Assembly: GCA_964016885.1 (NCBI GenBank)
Contig: OZ024741.1
Span: forward strand, 77,500,001-77,564,000
Length of the DNA stretch: 64,000 nt
Direction: 5' to 3'
Source of the DNA: Eledone cirrhosa
Lineage: Eukaryota
The notes beneath the pieces were generated by a model, which was not told the DNA's origin, did not search any database, and saw only the letters and a list, made by a program, of their open reading frames with translations. Shown here piece after piece: positions 12,211 to 24,094 of this stretch (the first letter of the stretch is position 1; each line of letters opens with the position of its first letter). The position numbers and the translations under genes were made by a program.

Positions 12211-13499
12211 TAGCTCACTATATATTCAGAAATATATAATCATATTCCAGATCAGACTGATGAACCCAATGATGGAAGAAGTGAATTCCAATGCATTTAT
12301 ACAATAAAACATGCAAGTCCCCAGCAGGTTTTAAAGGCTCACAACCACCGATAAAGATATATTTTTTGTCAGTGATGGTCTTACTCGTTCAACGAGTTGA
12401 CGGCCACTATGTACGTTATGTGTCTGTAAATATGGATATTATATGATACAGTCGCACTGAATATCACAATAAAAAGTTCAAATAACATATCCATACTGCA
12501 ACACCCAGCACATCCCCTTCTCAGACATCTCTCAAAAAGTAGCCCAGTCCCCAAAAACATATAAAACAAAAAAGATGGGAACTTCAAATATAAAATATTC
12601 ATCTTCTACCTAGACCACAATTTTGACACTTCCTTCCTATCAGACACACAAACAGCAATAAAGAAATTTGAAACCAGAAAAGCCTCCGGGCCAGACATTA
12701 GCACAAACATACATCTAAAACACTTGAGGCTTGAATGAATACTGTACTTGTCAACATCTACAACTATTCGTACAAAATTATAACAATTCCAAAAGGTCAA
12801 TAAAAATTTAGCGTCCTTTAATGTACACCCTCAAAACTTCTAGAAAGGCTAATACTTGATATCACTACCCCACATACCCTCCTATCAAAATTACAGTACG
12901 AGTTTAGGCCACTACTATCACCTACCACACTGCTCAAAAGCCTAACGCAGAAAATACATGAACATTTTCACTAACAAAATATATCCCACACATATTACTC
13001 TAACTACCATCGACATCAGCAAAGCTTTTGATTCCATCCCCTTCTATCTATGCATACAGCAAAGACTCAACATCCCCTTAAAAAAGTAATACAAAATAAA
13101 ATCATGTAGTAAACAGGAATAATACTTCCAGACCAAACAATTTTTGGACTGGAGTACCACGAGGATCCATCCTCTCCCCCACTCTTTTCCACTTCTAATA
13201 TGCCTTTTTACGTGCCTCCACAACATACACACTCAATCCTATACATAGATTACACCACATTCACATCCTCCTATATCCAGATACCAGAGCACAACTGTTC
13301 CAATTTTATAATATAAATCACATTAAAAAAACAACTGGCTTCAACACAACAGACTTGTAATAACTATAAAATTTGCCATCTCACTTTTTATCAGCAATAC
13401 CAGAAGTTGAACCTTCGCCGGTTTCGTTGACGAGAGTTCCAGTTGTTCGATCAACAGAACAGCCTGCTCATGACAAGGCATGGTAGGACTTGAGGTTAT

Positions 13500-13590
13500 G
13501 GTAAATTTCCCTTACCCAAGATGTTTCGCAATGGGATCGAACACGCGACCTAATGATTGCAAAGCGAACGTCTTAACCATTCAACAATGT
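13500..13590 (-). mobile_element. tRNA-derived SINE head (CORE-like), diverged
   Basis: Reverse strand TGGTTAAGACGTTCGC...GTGTTCGATCCC...CTTGGGTAAG. Confidence 0.5.
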
Positions 13591-13723
13591 TGCGTCCACT
13601 TAATGTCAGAAGAAATCAAATTCAACCAACCATCACACTCAACTACATAAACATTCCACACCCATAAAAGACAAACATATTGGAAGTTATGGGAGTGTAA
13701 GTATATACGATATGTTTATGTAT

Positions 13724-13913
13724 AATTATTTCTACTTTTGGCACAAGGTTAGCAATTATCCAAGTGTATTACTGGTACTTTATTTTATCGACCCCGTAAG
13801 GATGAAAGGCAAAGTTAACCTCGGCGGGATTTGAACTCAGACCATAAAGGGCCGTAACTCTTTGCTGCAAAGCATGGAATCCGGCCTTCTACCGAAACTG
13901 CCAATCCACCGCC
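13724..13913 (-). mobile_element. full-length tRNA-derived SINE
   Basis: Reverse strand GGCGGTGGATTGGCAGTTTCGG (A box)...GAGTTCAAATCCCGCCGAGG (B box)...GCCTTTCATCCTTACGGGGTCGATAAAATAAAGTACCAG...AATTAT. Confidence 0.9.
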
Positions 13914-14519
13914 ATTGAATAAACATACGAGAGTCTCGCTATGAAGTTACAACAACGTATCTCGCCCACTCAGCTTAGAATAAAACAGAATACATACACA
14001 TGTATATATTTAAAACATATTTACAATGTTATTCTACTGTAAATTTATACAAGTGTAATAAATACACAGAAATAGCTGCAAAACCAATATCCACATTAAC
14101 TCCATACACTGTGCTGGGTGCACATCACCAACATTAAATGCAAAGAAACAACAACTATTACACTGACTGAGTCCACTGTGTCCATCTTTGCTGTGGAGAC
14201 TACCAAAATCTACAGACATACAGAAATAGACTGGACTATTGGGAAAGTACAATGTGTCCAGACCATCACACTGCATCTTACACGATTTATCACCGCATGT
14301 TCAATTGTGCACTATGGTCATCTGCTATACGAAAATTTCTCATTCTTCTATATTCAAAAATTGTTTAACAATCCAAATTCGATTAAACTAAACGTATTAA
14401 TATTTTTCTTCGAGGCCTGGTTTAATTCAAAATGTTCTAAATCTGTATGGAACCGTATATATGAAAGAGATTTTACAAGTTATATTCTCAAACGGTTCAG
14501 TATTGCGTTGAAAAGGTTT

Positions 14520-15012
14520 TGTAGCAAGAGTTGCCTCCCTTGTCATGACAATCTCATCACCGCTCTCTAGACAGGAAGGCAAAGTTAACATCGGCGGGAT
14601 TTGAACTCAGACCATAAAGGGCCGTAACTTTGGGGTTGACAGACTCCCTGTTGGTCACTTCCGGAGAGACCCTATAAAAGGAACAGGTCAGGACAATCTT
14701 TCTCTCTCGCCTCCTGAATTCCAAGGTGGTAACACCTGCGACCTTATCATGAGATGATTCCTTTCTCATAATCCTTCGCCACCAAGAAGAACGCAACCGG
14801 CAGCCTAAGAGCCTAAGAAGATGTTAACACCTCCTAGAGAAGATCTCTGTTCTTCTCTACACACTTCAGCCTAGGAGTTGTAATCCACGGGTAATGATTC
14901 ATTTATATTAATCCCTTTGACTTCTATGAAGTAAAAACATTATCACAACACACACCGGCATTTATTGTCTTTTGTAATAATTTTATATGTACACCGATAC
15001 TAATCTCCTAAA
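14520..15012 (+). repeat. Gypsy 5' LTR
   Basis: TGTAGC...CCTAAA; TATA CCTATAAAAG at 14671; near-identical to 20019-20479 except for a SINE-derived patch. Confidence 0.95.
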
Positions 15013-15013
15013 G

Positions 15014-15032
15014 TGGTGACCCCCGACGTGAT
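15014..15032 (+). promoter_or_regulatory. tRNA-Trp PBS (one extra C)
   Basis: TGGTGACCCCCGACGTGAT. Confidence 0.85.
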
Positions 15033-15496
15033 TTAAAAAAAAAAAAAAAAGAAATGGGAAATAGTAGTAAGGTGTATATAGAAAAAAAACAGAAGAAAAA
15101 GGAAAAAAAACAACAATTTAATACAAAACGAACACCTACAGTTATTGACACACAAACAAACAGCAATTGTATGAATGTTTTTGCCTTTTTTTTTTCTCTC
15201 CTTTTCTGCCCTTCTCTTCTCTGGCTAAAAATGTTTGAGGATGACAAGATGGAGTCTCTCTTCTCCATCATTAGTGTTTTGGGCGCGAAATAGTCCGCCA
15301 TGTTGGATTTTTTTTTTAAGTTCCTTGCCCATACCTTAGTAATAACAGCATTCACTTAATCGCTTCTTTGCATATTGTCCCGGATGCATTATTTTTCCGG
15401 TCCAGTGGTTTGACAGGGAAAAATAAGCGATTTTGTTTTCCTTTTCTGTTGCGTTAGAGACATTTTTCCAAACGGTAAATTGCCTACGGTATACCA

Positions 15497-16291
15497 ATGG
15501 CTACTCACTCTGTTCTGCCAACGTACACGGGCGACATAAGGTTATGGTTCGCCCAGCTAGAAGCATTTTTCAAGGCGAACAGAGTTGACGAGGAACTACA
15601 ACGTCCTGTGATCCTTAGCGCAATTCCGCCGGCAATTCTCCCAGCGATTAAGGACCTGGTGTTAGAGACACCCACAGACTCAACGTATACGTCTCTGAAG
15701 GCTGAAATACTCAGCCGGATAGAACAGTCTTCAGAAAAAAGATTTAGGGCTTTGGTCCATCTGGAGCATATAGGAGATGGCACCCCATCGAACCTCCTAA
15801 GGCGAATGAAGGACCTAACGGAGGGGTCGGTAGCGGAAACTGCCCTGCTGAAGCAGTTGTTCTTCTCGCGCCTGTCGACCAACGTACAAGCAATTTTGGC
15901 CCCCATTAGGGATACAAGCACGGTGGATCAGCTTGCCGCATCTGCGGACAAAGTTTTCGAGGTGACGAATGCCGGAGGCAGCGACCCCCTTGCCGCTGTT
16001 CACCACCCAGCTCGGGCCACACACGGCCATGCGATCTACGCGGCAGCGCCAATAGACAGTTCAACCATTATGGCGATGCAAAGGTCCATTCAGGAACTCA
16101 CCATAGAGCTCCACAAGATGAAGGCCTTGTGTGGTGCCCGTTCGCGCCCCCGCAGTCGCGGGAGATCGCAAAGTTTTAGACGGCGTTCTAAATCACCAGC
16201 TTCATCTTTATGCTGGTACCACGAGCGATTTGCTGAGAACGCGAATCACTGCGTGCAACCTTGCTCCTTTCATAAGGCGGGAAACGCCTAA
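15497..16291 (+). CDS. gag: Gag protein
   Basis: 264-aa ORF; LPTY...[11 protein letters not shown]-terminus, RSRSR basic tract, CWYH-x9-C-x3-C (CHCC) knuckle. Confidence 0.93.
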   Translation: MATHSVLPTYTGDIRLWFAQLEAFFKANRVDEELQRPVILSAIPPAILPAIKDLVLETPTDSTYTSLKAEILSRIEQSSEKRFRALVHLEHIGDGTPSNLLRRMKDLTEGSVAETALLKQLFFSRLSTNVQAILAPIRDTSTVDQLAASADKVFEVTNAGGSDPLAAVHHPARATHGHAIYAAAPIDSSTIMAMQRSIQELTIELHKMKALCGARSRPRSRGRSQSFRRRSKSPASSLCWYHERFAENANHCVQPCSFHKAGNA

Positions 16292-16320
16292 GAGGTCCGC
16301 TGATGGGGACAGCTGACCTC
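16279..16320 (+). promoter_or_regulatory. -1 ribosomal frameshift signal (slippery heptamer plus hairpin)
   Basis: G GGA AAC in the gag frame; pol is in the -1 frame; GAGGTC-C-GCTG/CAGC-T-GACCTC stem begins 6 nt downstream. Confidence 0.8.
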
Positions 16321-19300
16321 AACATAAAGCCACCAAACCGCCATTTCTTCATTAAGGACCTCATGTACGGAAGAGGTTTCCTCGTGGATACAGGAACTTC
16401 CTGTAGTATTTGGCCGGCCCATTGCCTGAAAGATAACCCCTTAGAGTCATCTGTTACGCTGCAGGCAGTTAACCACTCGTCTATAAAGACGTACGGGCAA
16501 ATCTCGCTTCCTCTCAAATTCCTAAATCTTCGAAGGGATTTTAAGTGGATTTTTACGGTTGCCGATTTGCCATACCCCATCTTAGGAGCGGATTTCCTCC
16601 ACAACTTCTCTTTAACTGTGGACGTCCGTGGCCAACGCCTGGTGGATAACATCACCGGCTTTTCAATTCATGGCCAGGAAGCCAATGCTCCAATAGTTAG
16701 CCCCATGTTCTTCGTCGCTGCCGCTGGAGACGCCTACCATTCGTTGCTGGGTTCTTTCCCGGAGCTCACGGATGGAAATTTTCGAGTCACTGACCCAACA
16801 CACTCGACCGAACATTTCGTTTCCACCACCGGTGCTCCAGTGTTTTCGCGTCCACGCCGCTTACCGGCGGAAAAATTAAAGGCAGCACGGTCCGAGTTCG
16901 ACCATATGCTGCAGCTGGGCATTATTCGCCCATCTACGAGTCCTTGGGCTTCACCGTTACACATGGTGCCCAAGACTTCCGGCGACTGGAGACCCACTGG
17001 GGATTATAGGAGGTTAAATGCCATGACCGTCCCGGATAGGTATCCCATTCCCCATCTCCATGATTTTGCATCTTCACTGCAGGGGTGTAAGATTTTTCCT
17101 AAGTTAGATTTAGTGCGAGCCTACCACCAAATTCCGGTCAGGAAGGAGGATATTCCGAAAACGGCGATTACAACCCCTTTCGGATCCTTCGAATTTTTGA
17201 CCATGCTTTCGGACTCAGGAACGCCGCTAGCACTTTTCAGCGGTTTATAGACGAGGTCACGCGTGGTCTGGACTTCGTTTATGCTTACATAGATGATATT
17301 CTCGTCGCTAGTTCCTCTCCGGAAGAGCATATGCGCCACATGCTTCTCTTATTTCGGCGACTTCAGGATTACCGCGTTCGCGTGAATCCTGCAAAGTGTG
17401 TTTTCGGTTCCACTTCCCTAAATTTTTTAGGCCACCTCATCGACGCCGAATGTATTAGGCCGCTCCTTCAGCGAGTTCAAGCCATACAGGAGTTACCTCC
17501 GCCTACTACACTTCACCAGTTGCGTCACTTCTTAGGCCTAATCAATTTCTATAGGCGTTTCGTTTCTCATTGTGCTAATTTGCTATCTTCCCTTACTGAC
17601 ATTTAAAAAAATCGTCGTAAGAAAAATGAAGACATTTCCTTGACACAAGGACAGCTTCAAGACTTCCAGACTGCCAAGACAGCACTCGCTAGTTCATCTT
17701 TGCTAGCCCACCCGGTACCAGAGGCCAAGCTTTCGCTTTGTGTTGATGCATCTGATACCGCTGTGGTAGCAGTTTTACAGCAGTCCTACGCTGAAAACCA
17801 ACAACCTTTGGCATTTTTCTCGAGGAAGTTGAAACCAGCAGAAACGCGTTATAGCACGTTTGGGCGGGAATTATTAGCCATATATCTGTCGGTGAAACAT
17901 TTCTCTCATATTCTTGAGGGGAGAAATTTTACAGTTTTTACCGACCACAAACCGTTGACCTTCGCTTTGAGGGCCAAAACCGACAGATATTCGCCCAGAG
18001 AGACAAGGCACCTGGACTGCGTTTCACAATTTACAAACGATATCCAGCACATTGCCGGCTCGCACAACATAGCTGCAGACGCATTGTCACGTTTGCCAAT
18101 TAGCTCCATCTCGTCATCCCAGGAGATCGACTTAGGTCGTTTAGCTGCAGACCAACCTGCACTCCAATCGTTGGACACTCTTTCTGCTGAATTTGCGACT
18201 TGCATTTTCAAATATCTGCCCTTGTCCACCACCGACAGGCAGATTCTATGTGATGTATCTACGGATTCACCACGACCACTTGTTCCTGAGACTCACCGTC
18301 GAATTGTGTTCCTGGCTTTGCACAACATTTCTCACCCAGGATCTGCTGCCACAGTAAAGCTCATAACAGCCAGATTCTTCTGGCCAAATATGAGGCGCGA
18401 CATTGCTGCCTGGTGCCGTTCCTGTATCGCTTGCCAGAAATCGAAAATCCATAGACACATCCGGACTCCACTTGGTACTTTCAGTGCTCCAGATGCTCGG
18501 TTTCAACACATCCACATTGACATCGTTGGACCTTGGCCATTCAGCAGTGGATATTCATACATATTGACCTGTGTCGATCGTTTTTCGCGAGGCCTGAAGC
18601 CATCCCTTTACAAGACATGACTGCTGAGACTGTAGCACGTGCCCTGGTATCAGGGTGGATTACTCGCTTTGGGGTACCAACTACACTCACCACAGACCGT
18701 GGTAGACAATTCGAGTCCCATCTCTTCTCTGAGCTCACAAAGATAATTGGAGCTCAACGGATTCGGACCACAGCCTATCACCCTGCGTCAAATGGAATGG
18801 TGGAACGATTCCACCGCCAATTAAAGGCCGCTCTTTGCGCCTATCCAAACTCTCAACGTTGGAGCGAGTACCTTCCTATTGTGTTATTAGGAATTCGGTC
18901 ATCAATAAAGGAGGACCTTGGGTTCTCCCCGGCCGAATTGCTTTACGGTGCTCCTCTAGCGTTGCCTGGGCAAATGCTTGCCCCTGTTGATCTTGCTTTC
19001 CTAGATCCGCTTTCCTACGTATCCCGTCTGCGTTCTTATTTTCAGGACCTGCCGCCGATGGATACGAGGAAACAAACTGTAAAACCTGCGGTCCCGAGGG
19101 ATATTGCCTCGTGGACCCATGTGTTCGTAAGGAACGATGCTGTGAGACCACCCCTCACACAACCATACTCTGGACCCTACCGTGTGTTAGCCCGTACTGA
19201 CAAACATTTCACTGTAGACGTTAAGGGGTCCAGAGAGACAATTTCGTTGGATAGACTGAAAAGGGCACACAATGACGCTCATACACCCGAGCCACAAATA

Positions 19301-19429
19301 CCCCAATCTTTTTCTCTTGTGCATACACCTGCTCCTTCTACCCCACCTTCACCTACATACAAGACTACGACCCGTTCCGGTCGGAGAGTCCACTGGCCCA
19401 AAAAGTTCTGCCAAACTATTTTTATGTGA
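16279..19429 (+). pseudogene. pol: Pol polyprotein (PR-RT-RNaseH-IN) with about three disruptions
   Basis: FLVDTG protease; [16 protein letters not shown] and YIDD RT motifs; VDASD RNase H; HHCC, HIDIVGP/TTDRG/GMVERFH integrase; YSGPY. Disruptions near 17205, 17604 and 18590. Confidence 0.93.
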
Positions 19430-20006
19430 ACTGGCCACTGGAGCCTTATTTCTTTTTTTGCTGTTCTTGTTATTTATTGATTTATTGTATTACAATGTAC
19501 CTCTCATTACCATTTCACTGGATGTATATATATGTTTTTCGTTTCCTTTTACAACGAACATTTTAAGCTATATTCTTCTATTTGCCCGTTTAAAAATTTA
19601 CCACGTAAATTTGCCGTTGAAAACTGCTTATTTCTCTGGTCGCTGGCCTCTTGACCCTTCCAGGTCAACGCATTCACAACATCAACAACAACAACACAGC
19701 TTCACCATCAACCAAAACCAAAACCAGCAGAACAAGCCAGAGAATTTATTTCTGCAGCACTCTTCCTGTGAGAAATTCCCTTCGGAAGTTGGAAATTTCA
19801 CGTTATACCACAGACCAGAAACCACCTGCATTCATTCTCTGGAACACATTCTTTCCTGCTGTCATGTGATTGCACACATGTGAACTGTATTTTGAACTTT
19901 CACCTCTTCTCTTCCTTTGATTACATTTTATCATAATTTTCATGCCTCTTACATGCTCGTATTCTTACTCCATGCGTTTCATTCGATTTTTATGTTTTTA
20001 AAATCT

Positions 20007-20015
20007 GGCGGGGGA
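20007..20015 (+). promoter_or_regulatory. polypurine tract
   Basis: GGCGGGGGA before the second LTR. Confidence 0.7.
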
Positions 20016-20018
20016 TTA

Positions 20019-20479
20019 TGTAGCAAGAGTTGCCTCCCTTGTCATGACAATCTCATCACCGCTCTCTAGACAGGAAGTAGCTGGAGTTGCTTCCCTTTGG
20101 GGGTGACAGACTCCCTGTTGGTCACTTCCGGAGAGACCCTATAAAAGGAACAGGTCAGGACAATCTTTCTCTCTCGCCTCCTGAATTCCAAGGTGGTAAC
20201 ACCTGCGACCTTATCATGAGATGATTCCTTTCTCATAATCCTTCGCCACCAAGAAGAACGCAACCGGCAGCCTAAGAGCCTAAGAAGATGTTAACACCTC
20301 CTAGAGAAGATCTCTGTTCTTCTCTACACACTTCAGCCTAGGAGTTGTGATCCACGGGTAATGATTCATTTATATTAATCCCTTTGACTTCTATGAAGTA
20401 AAAACATTATCACAACACACACCGGCATTTATTGTCTTTTGTAATAATTTTATATGTACACCGATACTAATCTCCTAAA
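20019..20479 (+). repeat. Gypsy middle LTR (3' LTR of unit 1, 5' LTR of unit 2)
   Basis: Preceded by a PPT and followed by a second PBS (20481-20500) and leader. Confidence 0.95.
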
Positions 20480-20965
20480 GTGGTGACCCCCCGACGTGAT
20501 TTAAAAAAAAAAAAAAAAGAAATGGGAAATAGTAGTAAGGTGTATATAGAAAAAAAAAACAGAAGAAAAAGGAAAAAAAACAACAATTTAATACAAAACG
20601 AACACCTACAGTTATTGACACACAAACAAACAGCAATTGTATGAATGTTTTTGCCTTTTTTTTTCTCTCCTTTTCTGCCCTTCTCTTCTCTGGCTAAAAA
20701 TGTTTGAGGATGACAAGATGGAGTCTCTCTTCTCCATCATTAGTGTTTTGGGCGCGAAATAGTCCGCCATGTTGGATTTTTTTTTTAAGTTCCTTGCCCA
20801 TACCTTAGTAATAACAGCATTCACTTAATCGCTTCTTTGCATATTGTCCCGGATGCATTATTTTTCCGGTCCAGTGGTTTGACAGGGAAAAATAAGCGAT
20901 TTTGTTTTCCTTTTCTGTTGCGTTAGAGACATTTTTCCAAACGGTAAATTGCCTACGGTATACCA

Positions 20966-21223
20966 ATGGCTACTCACTCTGTTCTGCCAACGTACACGGG
21001 CGACATAAGGTTATGGTTCGCCCAGCTAGAAGCATTTTTCAAGGCGAACAGAGTTGACGAGGAACTACAACGTCCTGTGGTCCTTAGCGCAATTCCGCCG
21101 GCAATTCTCCCAGCGATTAAGGACCTGGTGTTAGAGACACCCACAGACTCAACGTATACGTCTCTGAAGGCTGAAATACTCAGCCGGATAGAACAGTCTT
21201 CAGAAAAAAGATTTAGGGCTTTG
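20966..21223 (+). pseudogene. gag: truncated second gag copy
   Basis: First ~86 codons of 15497-16291 (one I/V change) fused to the LTR 3' part. Confidence 0.92.
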
Positions 21224-21353
21224 ATCCACGGGTAATGATTCATTTATATTAATCCCTTTGACTTCTATGAAGTAAAAACATTATCACAACACACATCGGC
21301 ATTTATTGTCTTTTGTAATAATTTTATATGTACACCGATACTAATCTCCTAAA
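21222..21353 (+). repeat. partial terminal LTR (3' ~130 bp)
   Basis: Matches 20348-20479; followed by the GTTT TSD. Confidence 0.92.
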
Positions 21354-21401
21354 GTTTCTTCCCCTAACAAAACATAAAAACCGGTGTGCTATATATAATA
21401 A

Positions 21402-21584
21402 TTGTTTCTATTTTTAGGCACAAGGCCAGCAATTACCCAGTACATTACTGGTACTTTATTTTATCGACCCCGTAAGGATAAAAGGCAAAGTTAACCTCGG
21501 CGAGATTTGAACTCAGATCATAAAGGGACGTAACTCTATGCTTCAAAGCATGGTGTCCGACTCTACCGATACTGCCAATCCACC
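21402..21584 (-). mobile_element. tRNA-derived SINE with ~16-bp TSD
   Basis: Same family as 13724-13913; flanks GTGCTATATATAATAA and GTGCTATAAATAATAA. Confidence 0.9.
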
Positions 21585-21761
21585 GTGCTATAAATAATAA
21601 CCAAACCTCCTTCAAATAACATCGTACCGTCTTGAATAAGGAATTGGAAACGTAGTGCTAGAAATACAATGCCTAAAATAAAGGCACGGGATGGTCACGA
21701 CTGGAACGTCTTTGGTCTTACATAGATGTATTGGGACAGGGTTGAATTGAGGGTAAATAAC

Positions 21762-21853
21762 TGTTTCTACTTTAGGCACAAGGCCAGCTATTACTCAGTA
21801 CATTACTGGTACTTTATTTTATCGACCCCGTAAGGATGAAAGGCAAAGTTAAC
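21762..21853 (-). mobile_element. 5'-truncated SINE with 16-bp TSD
   Basis: 3' half of the same SINE; TSD ATTGAGGGTAAATAAC at 21746-21761 and 21854-21869. Confidence 0.9.
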
Positions 21854-22038
21854 ATTGAGGGTAAATAACAACAGTTAGTTATTCCGTTTATATTTCAATC
21901 CGATTCTTAATGACGCCGACTATCAACTAACGACAATAGCTCTAACGACAATAGTTTTATCCTCTGCATTGATATACATCAAGGAAGAGCATAATAGGCA
22001 GAAAATTACTGGCTCCTATTTAGTGCATAAATAGGTGA

Positions 22039-22041
<3 letters not shown>

Positions 22042-22097
<56 letters not shown>
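22042..22097. repeat. (TA)n microsatellite
   Basis: Direct reading. Confidence 0.95.
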
Positions 22098-22100
<3 letters not shown>

Positions 22101-22251
22101 AAGAGAAAATTAATAAATTTGGTTGCAAGTTATTTGGCATCGGTTTTACCCGTGTGAGTAAATCGAAGGGAAATAATTTCATAAGTAGAGGGGGGTAATT
22201 CTTGTTTTTACTTGTATGTTGATATGTGGTCTATTAAAACAGTTTTCTATT

Positions 22252-22890
22252 TGGACAGCGTTTGGCTTATGTCAGATGCTGTGACCCCGGATGGACCAGC
22301 AGTGCGGTTGGGATGGGTCAAAACTGCCTAAGTCCATCTCAACGGCCAATGACCATGTATTTCGTTTGTATTTTTTTTTTTATTATTTTTTTAAGGTTTC
22401 CCCTTAAAAAATTATTTTTCATTTTGTTTTGTTTCCGTTCGTTGTCTTGTCCTCTGTTAATGTTCTCAAGTTTATCAATACTAACGTGACGAACGTGTTT
22501 AGCCCCCCCCCCCCCCCCCCCCCCCAATACACACACACACATTTTCTTTATTTCATTCATGTCTCTCGTGCTATGAGGCACCACATTTTCCCCTGACATC
22601 ACTCAAAATCTTATGTGTACTTGTTGCTTAATTGCTATAAATTAATGTTTTGTCTCTCGTCTCTCACTCCACTGGACAGCAATTGGCTATGTCAGGCGCT
22701 GTGACCCCACATGAAACAGCAGTACCGTTAGTAGAGATCGAAACTGCCCAAGTCAATCTCAACGGCCGATGACCATGGAGTTCTGTGTCCTTCGTTTGTA
22801 TTATTTTTTTATATTTTTCCCCTTAAAAAATTGTTTTTTTGTTTTGTTTTGTTTTGTTTCCATTTGTTATCTTGTCGTCTCTGTTAATTT
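22252..22890. repeat. diverged direct duplication (~210-bp unit, ~420-bp spacing)
   Basis: GGACAGC..TTGGCT.ATGTCAG..GCTGTGACCCC...AAACTGCC.AAGTC.ATCTCAACGGCC.ATGACCATG...TTTCCCCTTAAAAAATT at ~22253 and ~22674. Confidence 0.8.
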
Positions 22891-24094
22891 TCTTACGTTT
22901 CTGTCTTTTACCCAGTCAAAGGCGAATAGTTTATTAAACATATAAACAGTACTATAAAAAAAAACAATAAGGAAGCAAAAAAAAAAACGAATGAGAAAAA
23001 GGAAGAAAAAGAAAAAAGAAATTAAGCAACGAAAGAAAGGGAAAGTAGGGACAGAGTGACAGACTGATCGATAAGTTTCAGCTGTGCCACACGGACAGAA
23101 TGTCAAAGGTCTTGCTGCGAAGAATGGCCAGCGACAGGCGGGCTGCAGTTTTACCAATTTTGTGGAAAAAAACAGCAATTTGGAAACTAGGGACACATGA
23201 GGGTTTGATGGCGACTGGCGCAAAAAAGAATCAGTTGGTCAAGCTCGGGTAGTGTTAAAGTAATAAGTAGTGGATTTGAAACTACCACTTGACTATTTAT
23301 TATTTTGTTCATATGTCATTATATTCCTTGGATAACATCGGTAGCATAGAGATGGAGATTAGCATGACTGAGAGACTGCTAGTCTTCCACAAAGCACCTT
23401 ACCTAGGCTGGCACTCTATGTGCAATCTCATGGTCAGTCATGACCGATAGTGGGATCTCCTCTTCCCGACAACCTAATTTATAGTATATCATTGATTCTT
23501 GTGATGTCACCAGTACTACTAAATGTCAAAAATCAAACAACTTATACTGAAACATTTAATGACAACAACCTTTACCTAAGTTCTGATAGAAATCAGAACA
23601 GTAACACAAATATAAGACTGTTGGCTTTAAGTGTTGCATTCAATTCTACTCATGGGGAAATGATATTCTAGGTTCTATGTATTACTTATTTACATATTAT
23701 ATTCCAAACCCTTCTATAGAAGGGTGATAAACAGATGATCCTATCCACACAGAGAGAGGGGAAGGATAAAGAGAGTGGGAAGGAGAGGGGGAGAAAGAGG
23801 TAGTGGGGAGGGAGAGAGAGAGATGTTTCACAAATGTTTAAAGTGCTGAAGTCAAATATTTATTATTGCACAAGATACCTTTCACAGACATGCAATATAT
23901 AGAAAATGGCTCGGTGAAAGGTATTTCACCACTTATGTTTAATCAACAAACCTACAATAGATTTGTGACCACCAAGAAACTTAGTTTTCAAATCCCCAAG
24001 TCAGTAGCAACAAAACAGTAAGATTAACAACTGTTTTGTTAGTTTGTAGCAGTGAGATCAACTCCATCTCTATGTATACTTGTAAAACAGATTG

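Larger units (their letters stand above)
12290..14320 (+). pseudogene. highly decayed non-LTR retrotransposon RT (non-RTE clade, unassigned)
   Basis: Fragments read KASGPD (~12680), QYEFRP (~12895), TIDISKAFDSIP (~13006) and GVPRGSILSP (~13151); many stops and frameshifts; interrupted by SINEs. Confidence 0.7.
14520..21353 (+). mobile_element. Ty3/Gypsy LTR retrotransposon, CsRn1-like, tandem structure
   Basis: LTRs at 14520-15012, 20019-20479 and partial 21222-21353; TSD GTTT (14516-14519, 21354-21357); tRNA-Trp PBS; CHCC Gag motif; PR-RT-RH-IN order; GPY motif. Confidence 0.95.

Noticed and set aside
13724-13913. tRNA gene
   Set aside because: A and B boxes are present but I see no cloverleaf; it is multi-copy with a tail, and other copies have TSDs, so it is a SINE
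14520-15012. TG...AA LTR termini as a novelty
   Set aside because: As I recall, TG...AA ends, a tRNA-Trp PBS, CHCC Gag and 4-bp TSDs are reported traits of CsRn1-lineage Gypsy elements
19272-19883. 203-aa hydrophobic ORF after integrase as a possible env
   Set aside because: It overlaps the integrase end, its hydrophobicity comes from T-rich UTR sequence, and it shows no signal peptide, furin site or fusion peptide pattern
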